This document shows, piece by piece, positions 11,506 through 21,401 of a stretch of DNA of 64,000 nt. The stretch is from Acidobacteriota bacterium (GTDB lineage Bacteria; Acidobacteriota; UBA890; WLXD01), in assembly GCA_965205505.1 (NCBI GenBank), contig CBDBHB010000009.1, forward strand, positions 416,001-480,000, given 5' to 3'. Both the position numbers and the translations under genes were made by a program. How positions within the stretch are numbered: position 1 is the stretch's first letter; every line of letters starts with the position of its first letter. The notes beneath the pieces were generated by a model that was not told the origin of the DNA, searched no databases, and saw only the letters and a list, made by a program, of their open reading frames with translations.

Positions 11506-12944
11506 GCCCCATCGGCGTCTCCATCATCCTGTTCGTCGGCGCTACCATGTGGGTCGGCGTTCGCACCTGGGCGAAGATCAAGGGCCAGGCGACGAATTAC
11601 TACGTCGCCGGCAACGCCATGGGCGTGTCGGTGATCGGCATCACCCTCTGCGCCCAGGCGTTCGACGCCAACGGCTCCATGGGCAACGCCTCCCTTGCCC
11701 ATGGCGGCGGCTTCTGGGCCGGGGCGGCGATCCCCATCGGGCTCGCCCTATGCCTGTTCTTCACCGGTGCGGTGTTTGCCGAGCCCATCCACCGCATGCG
11801 CCTGTTGACGCTGGTCGACTTCTATCGGCGTCGATACAACCAGAGCGCCGAGACGCTGGCGGCGCTCAACATGCTGGTCGGCAACATCGTGCTGGTCGCC
11901 GGCAACTTGGCCGGGCTCGGCCTGCTGCTGGATCTCGTTTTCGGCGTCGGCTACCTACCCATGCTCGTGGTGATCGGGCTCTGCATCCTCACCTACGCGG
12001 TGACCGGCGGTCTCTACGCCACTATCACCACTAGCGTGCTGCAAGTGGGGATGTTCATTCTCAGCACGGTCATCGGCTTCGCGTGGCTGACCGGCACCTT
12101 CGGCTGGAGCACGCTGATGGCGAATGTCCCTGCCAGCTTTACCGACATGTCCGGCCTGATGAGCCGCCAGCAGGGATCGCTGGTCACCTGGGCATCGCTG
12201 GTGTCCTTGGCCCTCGGCGATGTCGTGGCGATCGACTTCATCCAGCGAATCATCGCCGCCGACTCCCCACGGACCGCCAAGCGCGGCTGCTACGTCGGCG
12301 GGGTGATCACCCTCACCGTCGGCCTCATGGTCACCTTCATCGGTCTCGCCGCCTTCCACTTCGGCACCCCGGAGAGCCGTTTCCTGCTGGTGGAGCTGGC
12401 GCTCAACGAGATGCCGATGATCATCGGTGGCCTGATCCTGCTGGGCGTCATCGCTGCCAGCATGTCGACTGCCGCCGGCGTCGTGCTCGATCTCGCCAAC
12501 GTGCTCACCCGCAACCTGATCCAGGGACACTCCTCGCGCGCCTGGGATGATGCGGAGTTGCTGCGCGTCTCGCGCTGGATCGCCCTGCCCACTATGGCAG
12601 CGTCGGTGCTGTTCGCCTACCTGCGTCCCGACCCAGGCGTGCTGCTGATCCTCGCCTTCGACATCGTGCTCGCCAGCTGCTTCGTGCCGCTGGTCCTCGG
12701 TCTCTTCTGGCACAGGTCGAACACTCCGGCGGCGCTCGCCGCGATCGTCGGCGGAGCAGCGGCGCGTCTGACCTTGCACTTCGTAGTGCCCGAAGCATGG
12801 GCCGGCATGGAGACACTCATCGCGCCGCTCATCAGCCTGGCGCTGTTCGTGATCGTCGCCACCGCGACACAGGGGTCATCACCGCCGAAGCATGATGCGC
12901 TCAACTACGTGCCGTCCGAGGAAGAGCTCGTAAGCGGACGGTAG
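11502..12944 (+). CDS. Sodium:solute symporter family transporter
   Basis: NYYVAGN, YAVTGGL, FIQRIIAADS, IAASMSTA; ATG 11502 overlaps the MFS stop. Confidence 0.9.
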   Translation: MSPIGVSIILFVGATMWVGVRTWAKIKGQATNYYVAGNAMGVSVIGITLCAQAFDANGSMGNASLAHGGGFWAGAAIPIGLALCLFFTGAVFAEPIHRMRLLTLVDFYRRRYNQSAETLAALNMLVGNIVLVAGNLAGLGLLLDLVFGVGYLPMLVVIGLCILTYAVTGGLYATITTSVLQVGMFILSTVIGFAWLTGTFGWSTLMANVPASFTDMSGLMSRQQGSLVTWASLVSLALGDVVAIDFIQRIIAADSPRTAKRGCYVGGVITLTVGLMVTFIGLAAFHFGTPESRFLLVELALNEMPMIIGGLILLGVIAASMSTAAGVVLDLANVLTRNLIQGHSSRAWDDAELLRVSRWIALPTMAASVLFAYLRPDPGVLLILAFDIVLASCFVPLVLGLFWHRSNTPAALAAIVGGAAARLTLHFVVPEAWAGMETLIAPLISLALFVIVATATQGSSPPKHDALNYVPSEEELVSGR

Positions 12945-12959
12945 ATGGGATGCAGATGC

Positions 12960-12978
12960 TGATCCCAATTCGGGATCA
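12960..12978. promoter_or_regulatory. Palindromic operator upstream of higB remnant
   Basis: TGATCCC-AATTC-GGGATCA, perfect 7-bp inverted repeat 18 nt upstream of the toxin ATG. Confidence 0.6.
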
Positions 12979-12996
12979 CGCTATGCTTGGCCCTGG

Positions 12997-13257
12997 ATGA
13001 GGATCATTTCCCGTCGGACGCTTCGCGAGTTTCTGGACCCGGCACCGGGACGCTGAGCAGCCGCTCAGGGCACCGGGCAGGACCGGGCTGATCTCCAGCG
13101 CATTCTCGGGGTCGGCCGAGGCAGGATCTCTGAGATCCTCAACCGAAAGAGAGGTTTGTCGGTTGCCATGATTCGGAAGCTGGTCGTTTCGTTGCGCATC
13201 CCGGCCGGCGTGCTCATCCAGCCGACGCAAGCGGGGCCTCTACCGAGAGGTCCGTAG
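12997..13257 (+). pseudogene. higBA: Collapsed HigB/HigA toxin-antitoxin module
   Basis: MRIISRRTLREF(W)TRHRDAEQPLRA (HigB N-terminus, +1 slip) followed directly by DRADLQRILGVGRGRISEILNRKRGLSVAMIRKL...RIPAGVLIQP* (HigA HTH C-terminus). Confidence 0.8.
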
Positions 13258-13296
13258 CCGCGCGGGGTAGCGCGACCCGGCCACCTCATTCCTCCA

Positions 13297-13327
13297 GGCC
13301 CGCAACACTTTCACCACGGCCTGCTAG
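13297..13327 (+). repeat. 31-bp IS-end-like direct repeat, copy 2
   Basis: GGCCCGCAACACTTTCACCACGGCCTGCTAG; supplies the last codons and stop (SRPW*) of the convergent PQQ gene. Confidence 0.85.
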
Positions 13328-14531
13328 CCGGCTCAAGACGCAAGATCGGTGTCGGCGGCGTCTTGCCGTCGACGGGCAGGCCATCGATGGCCAGGTAGAT
13401 ATACCCGTCTGGTCCCTGGCGGACGTCGCGGATACGATCCATTCCGTGCAGCAGCGTCTCCTCGAGAACGACTCGTTGCCCGTCCATGGTGAGGCGGGCG
13501 AGCTGCTCACCTTGCAGGCCGCCGACGAAGAGGTTGCCGCGCCAGGCGGGGAAGCGGTCGCCATCGTAGATCAGCAGTCCGGAGGCGGCGATAGACGGCA
13601 CCCAGAAATGGACGGGCTGCTCCATGCCCTCCTGGTGAGTTCCCGCGTGGATCGCCAACCCGCTCGTATAGTTCACCCCGAAGCCGATCACCGGCCAGCC
13701 GTAGTTCCGCCCCGGGAGAATCAGGTTGAGCTCGTCGCCTCCCTGTGGCCCGTGTTCGTTGAGCCAGATGTCTCCGGTTTGTTGATGCACTGCCAGGCCC
13801 TGGGCGTTGCGGTGTCCGTAGCTGAATATCTCCGGACGGGCGTCGTCGCGGCCGACGAACGGGTTGTCGCTCGGAACACGGCCATCGTCGTGGAGTCGCA
13901 CCGTGGTGCCCTGGTGGTTGGAGAGATCCTGGGCCGGGTGCGCCGCCAGGTCGCCCCGGGGTTGCGTCTGGCGGTCTCCAACGGTGATGAAGAGAAAGCC
14001 GTCGCCGTCGAAGGCCAGCCGCGAGCCATAGGAGCCGCTCCCTTCGGTTACCGCTTCGAAGATCTCTTCTACGGCCGTGAGGCGGTGATCCTCGAAGCGC
14101 CCACGCACCACCGCCGTGGTTGCCTGTGAGCGGTCGGCGTTCGGCTTCGAGAAGCTCAGGTAGATGAGCCGGTTGGAGGCGAAGTCCGGATGCAGAGTCA
14201 CTTCCAGCAACCCACCCTCGGTGGCCAGGCGCCCGCCGCGTGGCTCGACCAGGACCTCGGGAACTCCCGGCACCGGATCGGCTAGCAGCCTGCCGTCGCG
14301 AACAACGCGGAGCCGTCCCGGTTGCTCGGTGACCAGCATGTCGCCGTCGGGAAGGAAGGCCATCGACCACGGATGCTCCAGTCCTTCCACCACCGTCACC
14401 ACCCGGTAGTCGTGGTGGGCGGATCGGAGCAGGGGACGCTGACCGGCGGACGGGCTCGCGGCGAACGCCAGGAACCCGGCCACAGCCAGCGCCATGCGGG
14501 CACGAACCATCTCGATCTCCGGTGACTTCAC
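13311..14531 (-). CDS. PQQ-dependent sugar dehydrogenase (glucose/sorbosone dehydrogenase family)
   Basis: GLEHPWSMAFLPDG, FSYGHRNAQG, EHGPQGGDELN, GRNYGWP, RIRDVRQGPDG; signal peptide. Confidence 0.93.
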   Translation of the reverse strand: MKSPEIEMVRARMALAVAGFLAFAASPSAGQRPLLRSAHHDYRVVTVVEGLEHPWSMAFLPDGDMLVTEQPGRLRVVRDGRLLADPVPGVPEVLVEPRGGRLATEGGLLEVTLHPDFASNRLIYLSFSKPNADRSQATTAVVRGRFEDHRLTAVEEIFEAVTEGSGSYGSRLAFDGDGFLFITVGDRQTQPRGDLAAHPAQDLSNHQGTTVRLHDDGRVPSDNPFVGRDDARPEIFSYGHRNAQGLAVHQQTGDIWLNEHGPQGGDELNLILPGRNYGWPVIGFGVNYTSGLAIHAGTHQEGMEQPVHFWVPSIAASGLLIYDGDRFPAWRGNLFVGGLQGEQLARLTMDGQRVVLEETLLHGMDRIRDVRQGPDGYIYLAIDGLPVDGKTPPTPILRLEPASRPW

Positions 14532-16552
14532 TCGGGAGAGCTCGGAAGCGCCAGGGCGACGAGCTGCCCGCGGACTTCCTGATCCCCGATCGCGACAACA
14601 ATGTACTGTCTGCCGTCGGCCATGTAGGTCATCGGTGCGCCAGACGTCCCCGCCGCCAGCTCGACCTCCCAGACGACATCGCCGGTCTGCTTGTCCCAGG
14701 CGCGGAAGAACTTACCGCCGGCTAGCGGGAGGATCGACAACGCCGCGTCGGAGCCCTCGCCGAGAAAGAGCAGCGTCTTGGTGAGCAGCGGGGCCGGGCG
14801 ACCACGCTGGCCGAGCCACGGCAGATCGAGATGCTTGATGGCGGGATGATCTGTTGGCCCCGGACCGTTGGCTTTCATCCAAAGCTGATCGCCGGTGTTC
14901 ATGTCGATCGCCGTGATGCGGCCGTAGGGTGGCTTCAGGAGAGGGAGCCCGCGGGGCATCGGGGCCTCGCGCGGGGCGCCGCGAACATACCGGAAGTCCG
15001 AGCTGTCCAGCTCCGGAGCGACGAGCACGGTGACGCTAGGTGAGGTCACCGAAGGCACGTACATCACCCCAGTCTCGGGATCGACCGCGGCACCACCCCA
15101 ATTCGCACCACCGACCCACCCCGGCATCAGAATCGTTCCCTGCGTACCTCCGGGGCCGTCATCCCTGACGCTGGGTGGCGTGTACATGGGACCGTATACA
15201 AAGCCCGAGAGGATCTGCTCGGCTTCGGCGCGCAGCTCGGGCGTGAAGTCGATGAGATCGTCGACGGTGATGCCCTGGAGGTCGAACGGCACCGGCCAGG
15301 TCGGGAAGGGCTGCGTCTGCGCGGCGACCTCGCCGGGGACGGTCGATGCCGCGACGTTACGATCCTCGATCGGCCAGATCGGCTCGCCCGTCTGACGATC
15401 AAAGGCGAAAACGAAGGCCTGCTTGGTGACCTGAGCAAGAGCCTCTATCGGCCGCCCATCCACCACGATGTCGAGTATGTTGGGAGCCGCAGGGAGGTCG
15501 TAATCCCAGAGTCCGTGCCGCACCGTCTGGTAGTGCCAGAGTCGTTCGCCCGTATCCGCATCCACCGCGACGATGCTCTCGCCATAGAGGTTGTCACCGA
15601 GACGGTGGCCGCCATACCAGTCGTTGGTTGTCGTCTTGAGGGGAAGGTAGACGTGTCCCAGCTCCTCATCGGCACTCATCAGCGTCCAGACATTGCCGTT
15701 TCCAGAATAGGCCCATGAAGAGCCCTCCCAGGTCTCGTTGCCACGCTCACCCAGTTGCGGGATGGGGTTGTGTCTCCAGCGCAGCTCACCCGTGCGCACG
15801 TCGAACGCTCGCACATAACCGGGCGGAGCCGTCTTCCAGTTCCGATCCGGAGTCATCGCGGTGGAGCCGACGATTACCAGGTCACGGACTACCAGCGGTG
15901 CCGAAGTCCAACTGTAGGTGGTGACGCGCGGGTCAGGGTCCCGCGCCAGGTCGATCGTCCCGGCCGCGCCGAACTGCAGATCTGGAAGTCCGGTCGCCGC
16001 ATCCAGGGACACAAGGTACTGGCCGGAGCCGAGGTAAACACGTTCCCGGGACCCGTCGCTCCAGAAGGCAACCCCGCGATTGGCGCGTCCCGAGGGATCC
16101 GCGCGCAGGCCGGCCCTATAGGGGTCGTAGCGCCAGAGCTCACGCCCGGTGGCCGGATCGAGTGCTACTGCTTGCCCCATGTTGGTTGCAACGTAGAGCC
16201 GACCACCGATCTTGATAGGGGTGACTTGGTAGTTAGGGTTGACCTCGGTGCTGGGATAACGTGCCAGCAAGTCGTAGTCGGCCGACTCCCAAGCCCACAC
16301 GACTTCCAGGTCGTCGATGGTTGCAGCCGATATCTGCTCGAGCGGTGAGTATTTGGTCGCGCCGAGGTCGCGCGCGTAGTGTGGCCAGTCAGCTGCGTCG
16401 ATGGCTGGTGCACGCTCTTGTGGGGGTGCGGCACTACCGCAGGCCACCAGCAAGCCGCACAACACCATGATGCCGACTAGCGGCATCCGGCGGTGTCGCG
16501 GCCATCGACAGGCGCGCTGTGTACCGTCTGCAGAGCCCCTCTGAGCGCGCAT
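14528..16552 (-). CDS. PQQ-binding beta-propeller quinoprotein (glucose dehydrogenase-like), probable lipoprotein; start may be 16486
   Basis: DWPHYARD..KYSPLEQI, HGLWDYD, GGANWGGAAVDP, APMTYMADGRQY; LVAC lipobox. Confidence 0.92.
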   Translation of the reverse strand: MRAQRGSADGTQRACRWPRHRRMPLVGIMVLCGLLVACGSAAPPQERAPAIDAADWPHYARDLGATKYSPLEQISAATIDDLEVVWAWESADYDLLARYPSTEVNPNYQVTPIKIGGRLYVATNMGQAVALDPATGRELWRYDPYRAGLRADPSGRANRGVAFWSDGSRERVYLGSGQYLVSLDAATGLPDLQFGAAGTIDLARDPDPRVTTYSWTSAPLVVRDLVIVGSTAMTPDRNWKTAPPGYVRAFDVRTGELRWRHNPIPQLGERGNETWEGSSWAYSGNGNVWTLMSADEELGHVYLPLKTTTNDWYGGHRLGDNLYGESIVAVDADTGERLWHYQTVRHGLWDYDLPAAPNILDIVVDGRPIEALAQVTKQAFVFAFDRQTGEPIWPIEDRNVAASTVPGEVAAQTQPFPTWPVPFDLQGITVDDLIDFTPELRAEAEQILSGFVYGPMYTPPSVRDDGPGGTQGTILMPGWVGGANWGGAAVDPETGVMYVPSVTSPSVTVLVAPELDSSDFRYVRGAPREAPMPRGLPLLKPPYGRITAIDMNTGDQLWMKANGPGPTDHPAIKHLDLPWLGQRGRPAPLLTKTLLFLGEGSDAALSILPLAGGKFFRAWDKQTGDVVWEVELAAGTSGAPMTYMADGRQYIVVAIGDQEVRGQLVALALPSSPE

Positions 16553-16685
16553 TCCTAGCGCAACCTCGCGTTTCAGCTTCGTGTCCTGAGCCTGGATGTT
16601 CCAGCAAGAGCCTCATGCGCTGCTGTCGGTCGTGAGCTTGCCGGAGAGGGCATCGGATGCCCACTATGAGCGCGCGCGCCGAGCG

Positions 16686-18695
16686 TCATTCCTCTTCCTT
16701 GTAGGGCACGTTCATCGCTAGCGGCCCGGCCCACTCGTTGGGGACCTCGAGGCTGAGCGCCCAGTGGATGCCGTTGATGATCAGGCGCTGCAGGCCCTCC
16801 TGCTGGAGGTCGACCGGATGCCCGAGCGTTGTCGTGAACACGCGGCCGCCGGCGTCGGTGCGGCGGGTCCACGCGACCGGAGTATCCACCGGGTCACCGG
16901 CCTCGGGGTCGAAGGTGTCGCCCAGCGGGAAGCCCGTCATGAGGATCTGAGAGCCGGCAACCGGGTAGTCCGGGAGCAGCGTGTACAGCCATGAGGGCAC
17001 GTGGAATTCCGGGGGGACGCCGGTCAAGATCGGATGATCGGCCGCTGCCCCCAGGGGCCGCACGTCGGTGCCGTTCTCATGGCCGTAGTCCCACACGTAG
17101 GGGGCGCCGACGTAGCGTGGCCCGAAGTCATTGAACGACTCGAGCTCGTGGCCCTCCGGGTAGAGGAAGGCATGCGTGGAGGTGCGCAGGCTGACCAACG
17201 GGTTGCCGTGGTCGAGATAGCCGACGATGCGCTCGGCCTGGTCGCGCGGCAAGGTGCGGTTACGCATGAACAGCACCATCAAGTCCGCCTGCTCGAGGAG
17301 CTCGAGGCCAGGAATGTTGTCGGCGTGCTCGTCGGGGAACGCGCTCAGGACGGTGGTGCGCATGCTGTAGCTGGCCTCGAGCGCGGCGGCGAGGATCGGC
17401 ATGGTGAGCTCTGAGCTGTACTCGTCGTCGCCGGTTACGAAGACCACGTGGGGCTGGTCTGACTGATCGGACTGATTGCCGGACCGTTCAGTGACCCCAG
17501 GCCCGACGAAGGGCTCGACGATCATCCGTCCGCGGATCTCGGGCCTTCCGGGGCCACATAGAACGGGGCTGCGGAGCTCGAAGGTCCCGGCCTCGTCGGC
17601 AGTGAACGTGGCCGATTGCGGTCGTTCCACGAGGGCAGGCTTAGTGGTACCTCCGTAGGCTTCTATCTCTAGCGTGTAGCCGATCCCGTTGCCGTTGTCG
17701 GCGGCCACGAGATCGATTCGCACGCGGTCGTTCTGCCGCACGCGAATCATCTCGGGGGTGAGCGCATCGCCGCTGGCGGTGATGGTGAGCCGCACCAGCC
17801 CCTCGTCGTCAGCGGCGGTATCGCGCCCAGGTTCGTGCCGACTCTCGGGTCGACCTTCCGGCCCATATTCCGGCGGATGTTCCGACCCGGCGACCGCCAG
17901 GGTCTGCACGTAGGCTGCCAGATCCCAGATCTGGTCGGGCGAGAATGCCTCGGTGAAGCCCGGCATCGAGTTGCCGTTGTTACCGATGGCGATCATCAGA
18001 GCGTTGTCGCGCCGGGACACGCCGCGCTTGAATTGATTCGTGTCACGGAAATCGCGCGGCAGGATGGCGTTGCCGAAGGCGTCCATCAGCGTCGCTGCGT
18101 TGGGGCCATCACCAGCTCCGTTTACGCCGTGGCAGAGCGGACATTGGGCATCGACGTAGAGCCTCTCACCGCGGCGCACGCTCTCTGCGAGAGGCGCGGA
18201 AGGCTCCGGGCCGAGGTCGATGGGCTCACCGGATCCCCAGTCGTCGAAAGCCGGGGTAAGGGTCTTAACGAAATGGGTGACAGCCCAGCGCTCGTCGACC
18301 GAGAGCACCCGCCTCCACGGGGGCATCGAGGTGCCGCTCAGCCCCATCGACACGGTGCGAAACATGTCGTCGTCGATCGGCATGTCGCCGCCCGGGGTGG
18401 TCTTGAACCGGAAGACGCCCGCGGTCAGGTCGCGCGCCGGCGGCGACAGCAGCGACGCGCAGGGCCCGTCGGCATGCCCCGCTGCGCCGTGGCAGGAGGC
18501 GCAGTGGTCGGCATATACGGAAGCGCCCAGGGCGAGCAGATCGGTGGTGGCAACCGGCGCCGCCGGGACCTCGAATGTGCTCCAGGATTCTGCCGCGGGC
18601 GTCCCCGTGGCGTCGGGCTCGGCCCGTTCCGGGGCGCAGCCCACCGGGACCAACAGCCACGCGATCAGTGCAGCGCCAACAAGGAGGCGTTTCAT
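16686..18695 (-). CDS. Diheme c-type cytochrome / cupredoxin-like / ThuA-like fusion lipoprotein
   Basis: CASCH and CPLCH heme motifs; cupredoxin-fold segment; C-terminal ThuA-like domain (VVFVTGDDEY, RTSTHAF, GRVFTTTLGH); signal MKRLL...VGC. Confidence 0.8.
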   Translation of the reverse strand: MKRLLVGAALIAWLLVPVGCAPERAEPDATGTPAAESWSTFEVPAAPVATTDLLALGASVYADHCASCHGAAGHADGPCASLLSPPARDLTAGVFRFKTTPGGDMPIDDDMFRTVSMGLSGTSMPPWRRVLSVDERWAVTHFVKTLTPAFDDWGSGEPIDLGPEPSAPLAESVRRGERLYVDAQCPLCHGVNGAGDGPNAATLMDAFGNAILPRDFRDTNQFKRGVSRRDNALMIAIGNNGNSMPGFTEAFSPDQIWDLAAYVQTLAVAGSEHPPEYGPEGRPESRHEPGRDTAADDEGLVRLTITASGDALTPEMIRVRQNDRVRIDLVAADNGNGIGYTLEIEAYGGTTKPALVERPQSATFTADEAGTFELRSPVLCGPGRPEIRGRMIVEPFVGPGVTERSGNQSDQSDQPHVVFVTGDDEYSSELTMPILAAALEASYSMRTTVLSAFPDEHADNIPGLELLEQADLMVLFMRNRTLPRDQAERIVGYLDHGNPLVSLRTSTHAFLYPEGHELESFNDFGPRYVGAPYVWDYGHENGTDVRPLGAAADHPILTGVPPEFHVPSWLYTLLPDYPVAGSQILMTGFPLGDTFDPEAGDPVDTPVAWTRRTDAGGRVFTTTLGHPVDLQQEGLQRLIINGIHWALSLEVPNEWAGPLAMNVPYKEEE

Positions 18696-18802
18696 TGGCG
18701 GCAGTATAGGCGCTCGTGTACGCTCCCCGCACCGCTGGCCGGATCCCCGTTGCGGTCGGCCCAGCGTGGGCCTGAGCCGCGCAAGAAGACCCGCGGCCCG
18801 CC

Positions 18803-20443
18803 ATGCTTGAGGCACGCCCCGACGACGCTGGTGAGCAATTGACGAGACACAAGGATTCGCGCCTACGCTCTTTCTTGCCCCTCCTGCTCGGGATAGCGGT
18901 CATTGCCTGCGACTCGGAGAGGTCCGCCGGCCCGGTAATCGAGCCGGGTGCGCCGAGACCCGGCCACGGGCGCAAGGTGGAAGGAGTGCATCCGGGATTG
19001 GAGATCGCGGCGATCCGTCCGCCCGGCATGAACCTCGGGGTGGGCGGTCTGGGGGTGCTCCCGGACGGACGCCTGGTGGTCGCCACTTTCGATGCGCAGA
19101 AAGTGCTGCCGATGGATCCGGCGACGGAGGTCAACGGCGAGCTCTGGTTGGTCGACAACGTCGCTGCCGCCGACCTCTCCGGGGTGACGTCGGTCCAGAT
19201 CGCCGACGATCTGCAGGAGCCACTCGGCGTTGCCGTCGTCGGTGCGGATATCTATGTATCGCACCGCGATGAGGTGACGCGGTTCGCGGTCGACGATGCC
19301 ACCGAGGTCTGGAGCCGAACGACGGTCGCGGGCGGCTGGGAGTCCCGCGACTGGCACTCGTTCTCGTTCGGCCTCATCCACGAGCCGGGGCAAGCCGACC
19401 ATCCCGGCTACCTGTACATGTCGCGTTCCACCGGTCTGGGCCGTTTCAGCAACCCTCCCGATCACGGTGCGGTGTGGAAGATCGACCTCGGCCGACCCCT
19501 GGGTGACAACGTCGAGGCCCTGGTTGGTGGCCTGCGGACGCCCAATGGCGTCGGCTTCGGTCCCGAGGGCGATGTCTTCGTCACCGACAACCAGGGCGAG
19601 TGGACACCTGCCAACGAGCTCAACCACGTCCAGAAAGGCCACTTCTACGGCTACGAGCACGACACCGAGAAGCCAGGAGACTACCCGACTCCGTTTCAGG
19701 ACCCGTCCGACCGGCTGAGCCCCGGGCAGGAAGCCACGCTACCCGCCATCCAGCTGCCGCAAGACGAGATCGCCAACTCACCCACCCAGCCCATCCTGAT
19801 CCCCGAGGGCCAGCCCTACGCCGGACAGATGCTCATGGGCGATATGCGCTACGGGGGCATCCAGCGGCTGCAGCTGGAGAAGGTCAACGGGGTGTGGCAG
19901 GGGGCAGCGTTCCGCTACTCGATGGGGCTGGAGGCCGGGGTGAACCGACTCGCCTGGGGGCCGGATGGTTCCCTCTACGCCGGCGGCATCGGCGGCGATC
20001 ACGCCGGCACCTGGGCGTGGGTGAACGACGACGGCGACCGGACGTTCGGCGGCCTGCAGCGTTTGCGACCGACCGGCGTGGTTGCGTTCGAGATGCAGAC
20101 GATTCGCGCCACGCCCGCTGGCTTCGAGATTCAGTTCACCCAGCCGGTTCCGTGGGCCTACCTCGCCCAACCGGGCAACTACCACCTCAGGCAATGGGCC
20201 TACCGCAGGACGCCCGCGTACGGCGGCGTCAAGCTGGGGCAGAAGGAGCTGACGGTGACCGCGGCGAGTGCGTCGGAAGATCGGATGTCGGTTCGGCTCA
20301 CCGTGCCGGACCTCGAAACCGGCCGGGTCGTTTACATCATGACCGATCCCGTGAACGACGACGGGGCGTACATGTGGTCTACGGAAGGCTGGTACACGCT
20401 GCATGAGATCCCGGCTAGCTCGGGGTCCGGCGCGCAGCATTGA
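18803..20443 (+). CDS. Exported beta-propeller protein (sorbosone dehydrogenase-like propeller)
   Basis: GGLGVLPDGRL, EPLG, GGLRTPNG, TDNQGEW, GLEAGVNRLAWGPDG, YGG...WYTL; VIAC lipobox. Confidence 0.75.
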   Translation: MLEARPDDAGEQLTRHKDSRLRSFLPLLLGIAVIACDSERSAGPVIEPGAPRPGHGRKVEGVHPGLEIAAIRPPGMNLGVGGLGVLPDGRLVVATFDAQKVLPMDPATEVNGELWLVDNVAAADLSGVTSVQIADDLQEPLGVAVVGADIYVSHRDEVTRFAVDDATEVWSRTTVAGGWESRDWHSFSFGLIHEPGQADHPGYLYMSRSTGLGRFSNPPDHGAVWKIDLGRPLGDNVEALVGGLRTPNGVGFGPEGDVFVTDNQGEWTPANELNHVQKGHFYGYEHDTEKPGDYPTPFQDPSDRLSPGQEATLPAIQLPQDEIANSPTQPILIPEGQPYAGQMLMGDMRYGGIQRLQLEKVNGVWQGAAFRYSMGLEAGVNRLAWGPDGSLYAGGIGGDHAGTWAWVNDDGDRTFGGLQRLRPTGVVAFEMQTIRATPAGFEIQFTQPVPWAYLAQPGNYHLRQWAYRRTPAYGGVKLGQKELTVTAASASEDRMSVRLTVPDLETGRVVYIMTDPVNDDGAYMWSTEGWYTLHEIPASSGSGAQH

Positions 20444-21244
20444 ATGATGATTAGGCTCCGCTGGTTCGGAACCCTTGTGATGCTGACCGTCGCGCTGGGG
20501 TGCGGGCCGGGTTCCCGCGATGACCCCGAGCTGACGGAGCGTCCCGAGCCGGTGGGCGTGGCGCCCGATCTGAGCCGGGCCGGCGCGATCGTCGGTCGCG
20601 CCCTGTTCGGCGGCGATATCGACCCAGCAGTCATTCTCGATATGGGCGCCGACCCCTATTGCGCCCGGTTGCAGCGCTCGGAGCAGCACGCCGCGCCGCG
20701 CATCCGGGTCAACAGCGACCGGACGTTGCGCGACGTGCTCGTGTACGTGAGCGCGGGGCTCGAGGGGCTCGCGTTCCCGGACCCAACCCCCGAGGAAGCG
20801 CTGTTCGGATACAACGTTCCGGGGGTTCTCGACCAGGCCGATTGCACCTTCCGACCGCCGATCGTCGCCTTGCGGACCAGGCAGTCGCTGACCATCCGCA
20901 ACAGCGACGACACGCTACACAACGTCAGCGCCCGACCTGCCAGCGGTGAGGCCCTGGAGCTGAGCCAGCCGATGCCGGGGCTCGAGCATCAGCACGTCTT
21001 CGATCACGCTGAGATCGGGATTCCGGTTCGTTGCAGCGTGCACCCATGGATGGAGGCCACCATTCACGTCTTCGACCACCCTTACTTCTCGGTCACCGAC
21101 GAGGACTTCGGGATCGACCTCGGCCCCCTGCCGCCGGGCCGCTACACGGTGTCGGCACGGCACGAGATCCTCGGCACCTTGACGCAGGAGGTCACCGTGG
21201 GGTCGAACGAAACAGCGGAGATCGCCTTTGTCTTCGAACGGTAA
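20444..21244 (+). CDS. Cupredoxin-like / carboxypeptidase-regulatory-like lipoprotein with type-1 copper ligand set
   Basis: LDQADCTFRP, NSDDTLHNV, RCSVHPWM, HPYFSVT, LPPGRYTV. Confidence 0.75.
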   Translation: MMIRLRWFGTLVMLTVALGCGPGSRDDPELTERPEPVGVAPDLSRAGAIVGRALFGGDIDPAVILDMGADPYCARLQRSEQHAAPRIRVNSDRTLRDVLVYVSAGLEGLAFPDPTPEEALFGYNVPGVLDQADCTFRPPIVALRTRQSLTIRNSDDTLHNVSARPASGEALELSQPMPGLEHQHVFDHAEIGIPVRCSVHPWMEATIHVFDHPYFSVTDEDFGIDLGPLPPGRYTVSARHEILGTLTQEVTVGSNETAEIAFVFER

Positions 21245-21401
21245 CCGTGCGTTCGTGGCGGCCAACTCGGTTGGCGCGCGTCGACGCGGCTGTTAGTCGC
21301 TCATGCCAGCCAGGCGTAGACCGCTGCGGTAGCGCTCCGCGGCAGCGAGCTCGGCAGTGAGAAGTACCTCGATGTTCCGAGACGTGAGTCGCGGGCAGTC
21401 T

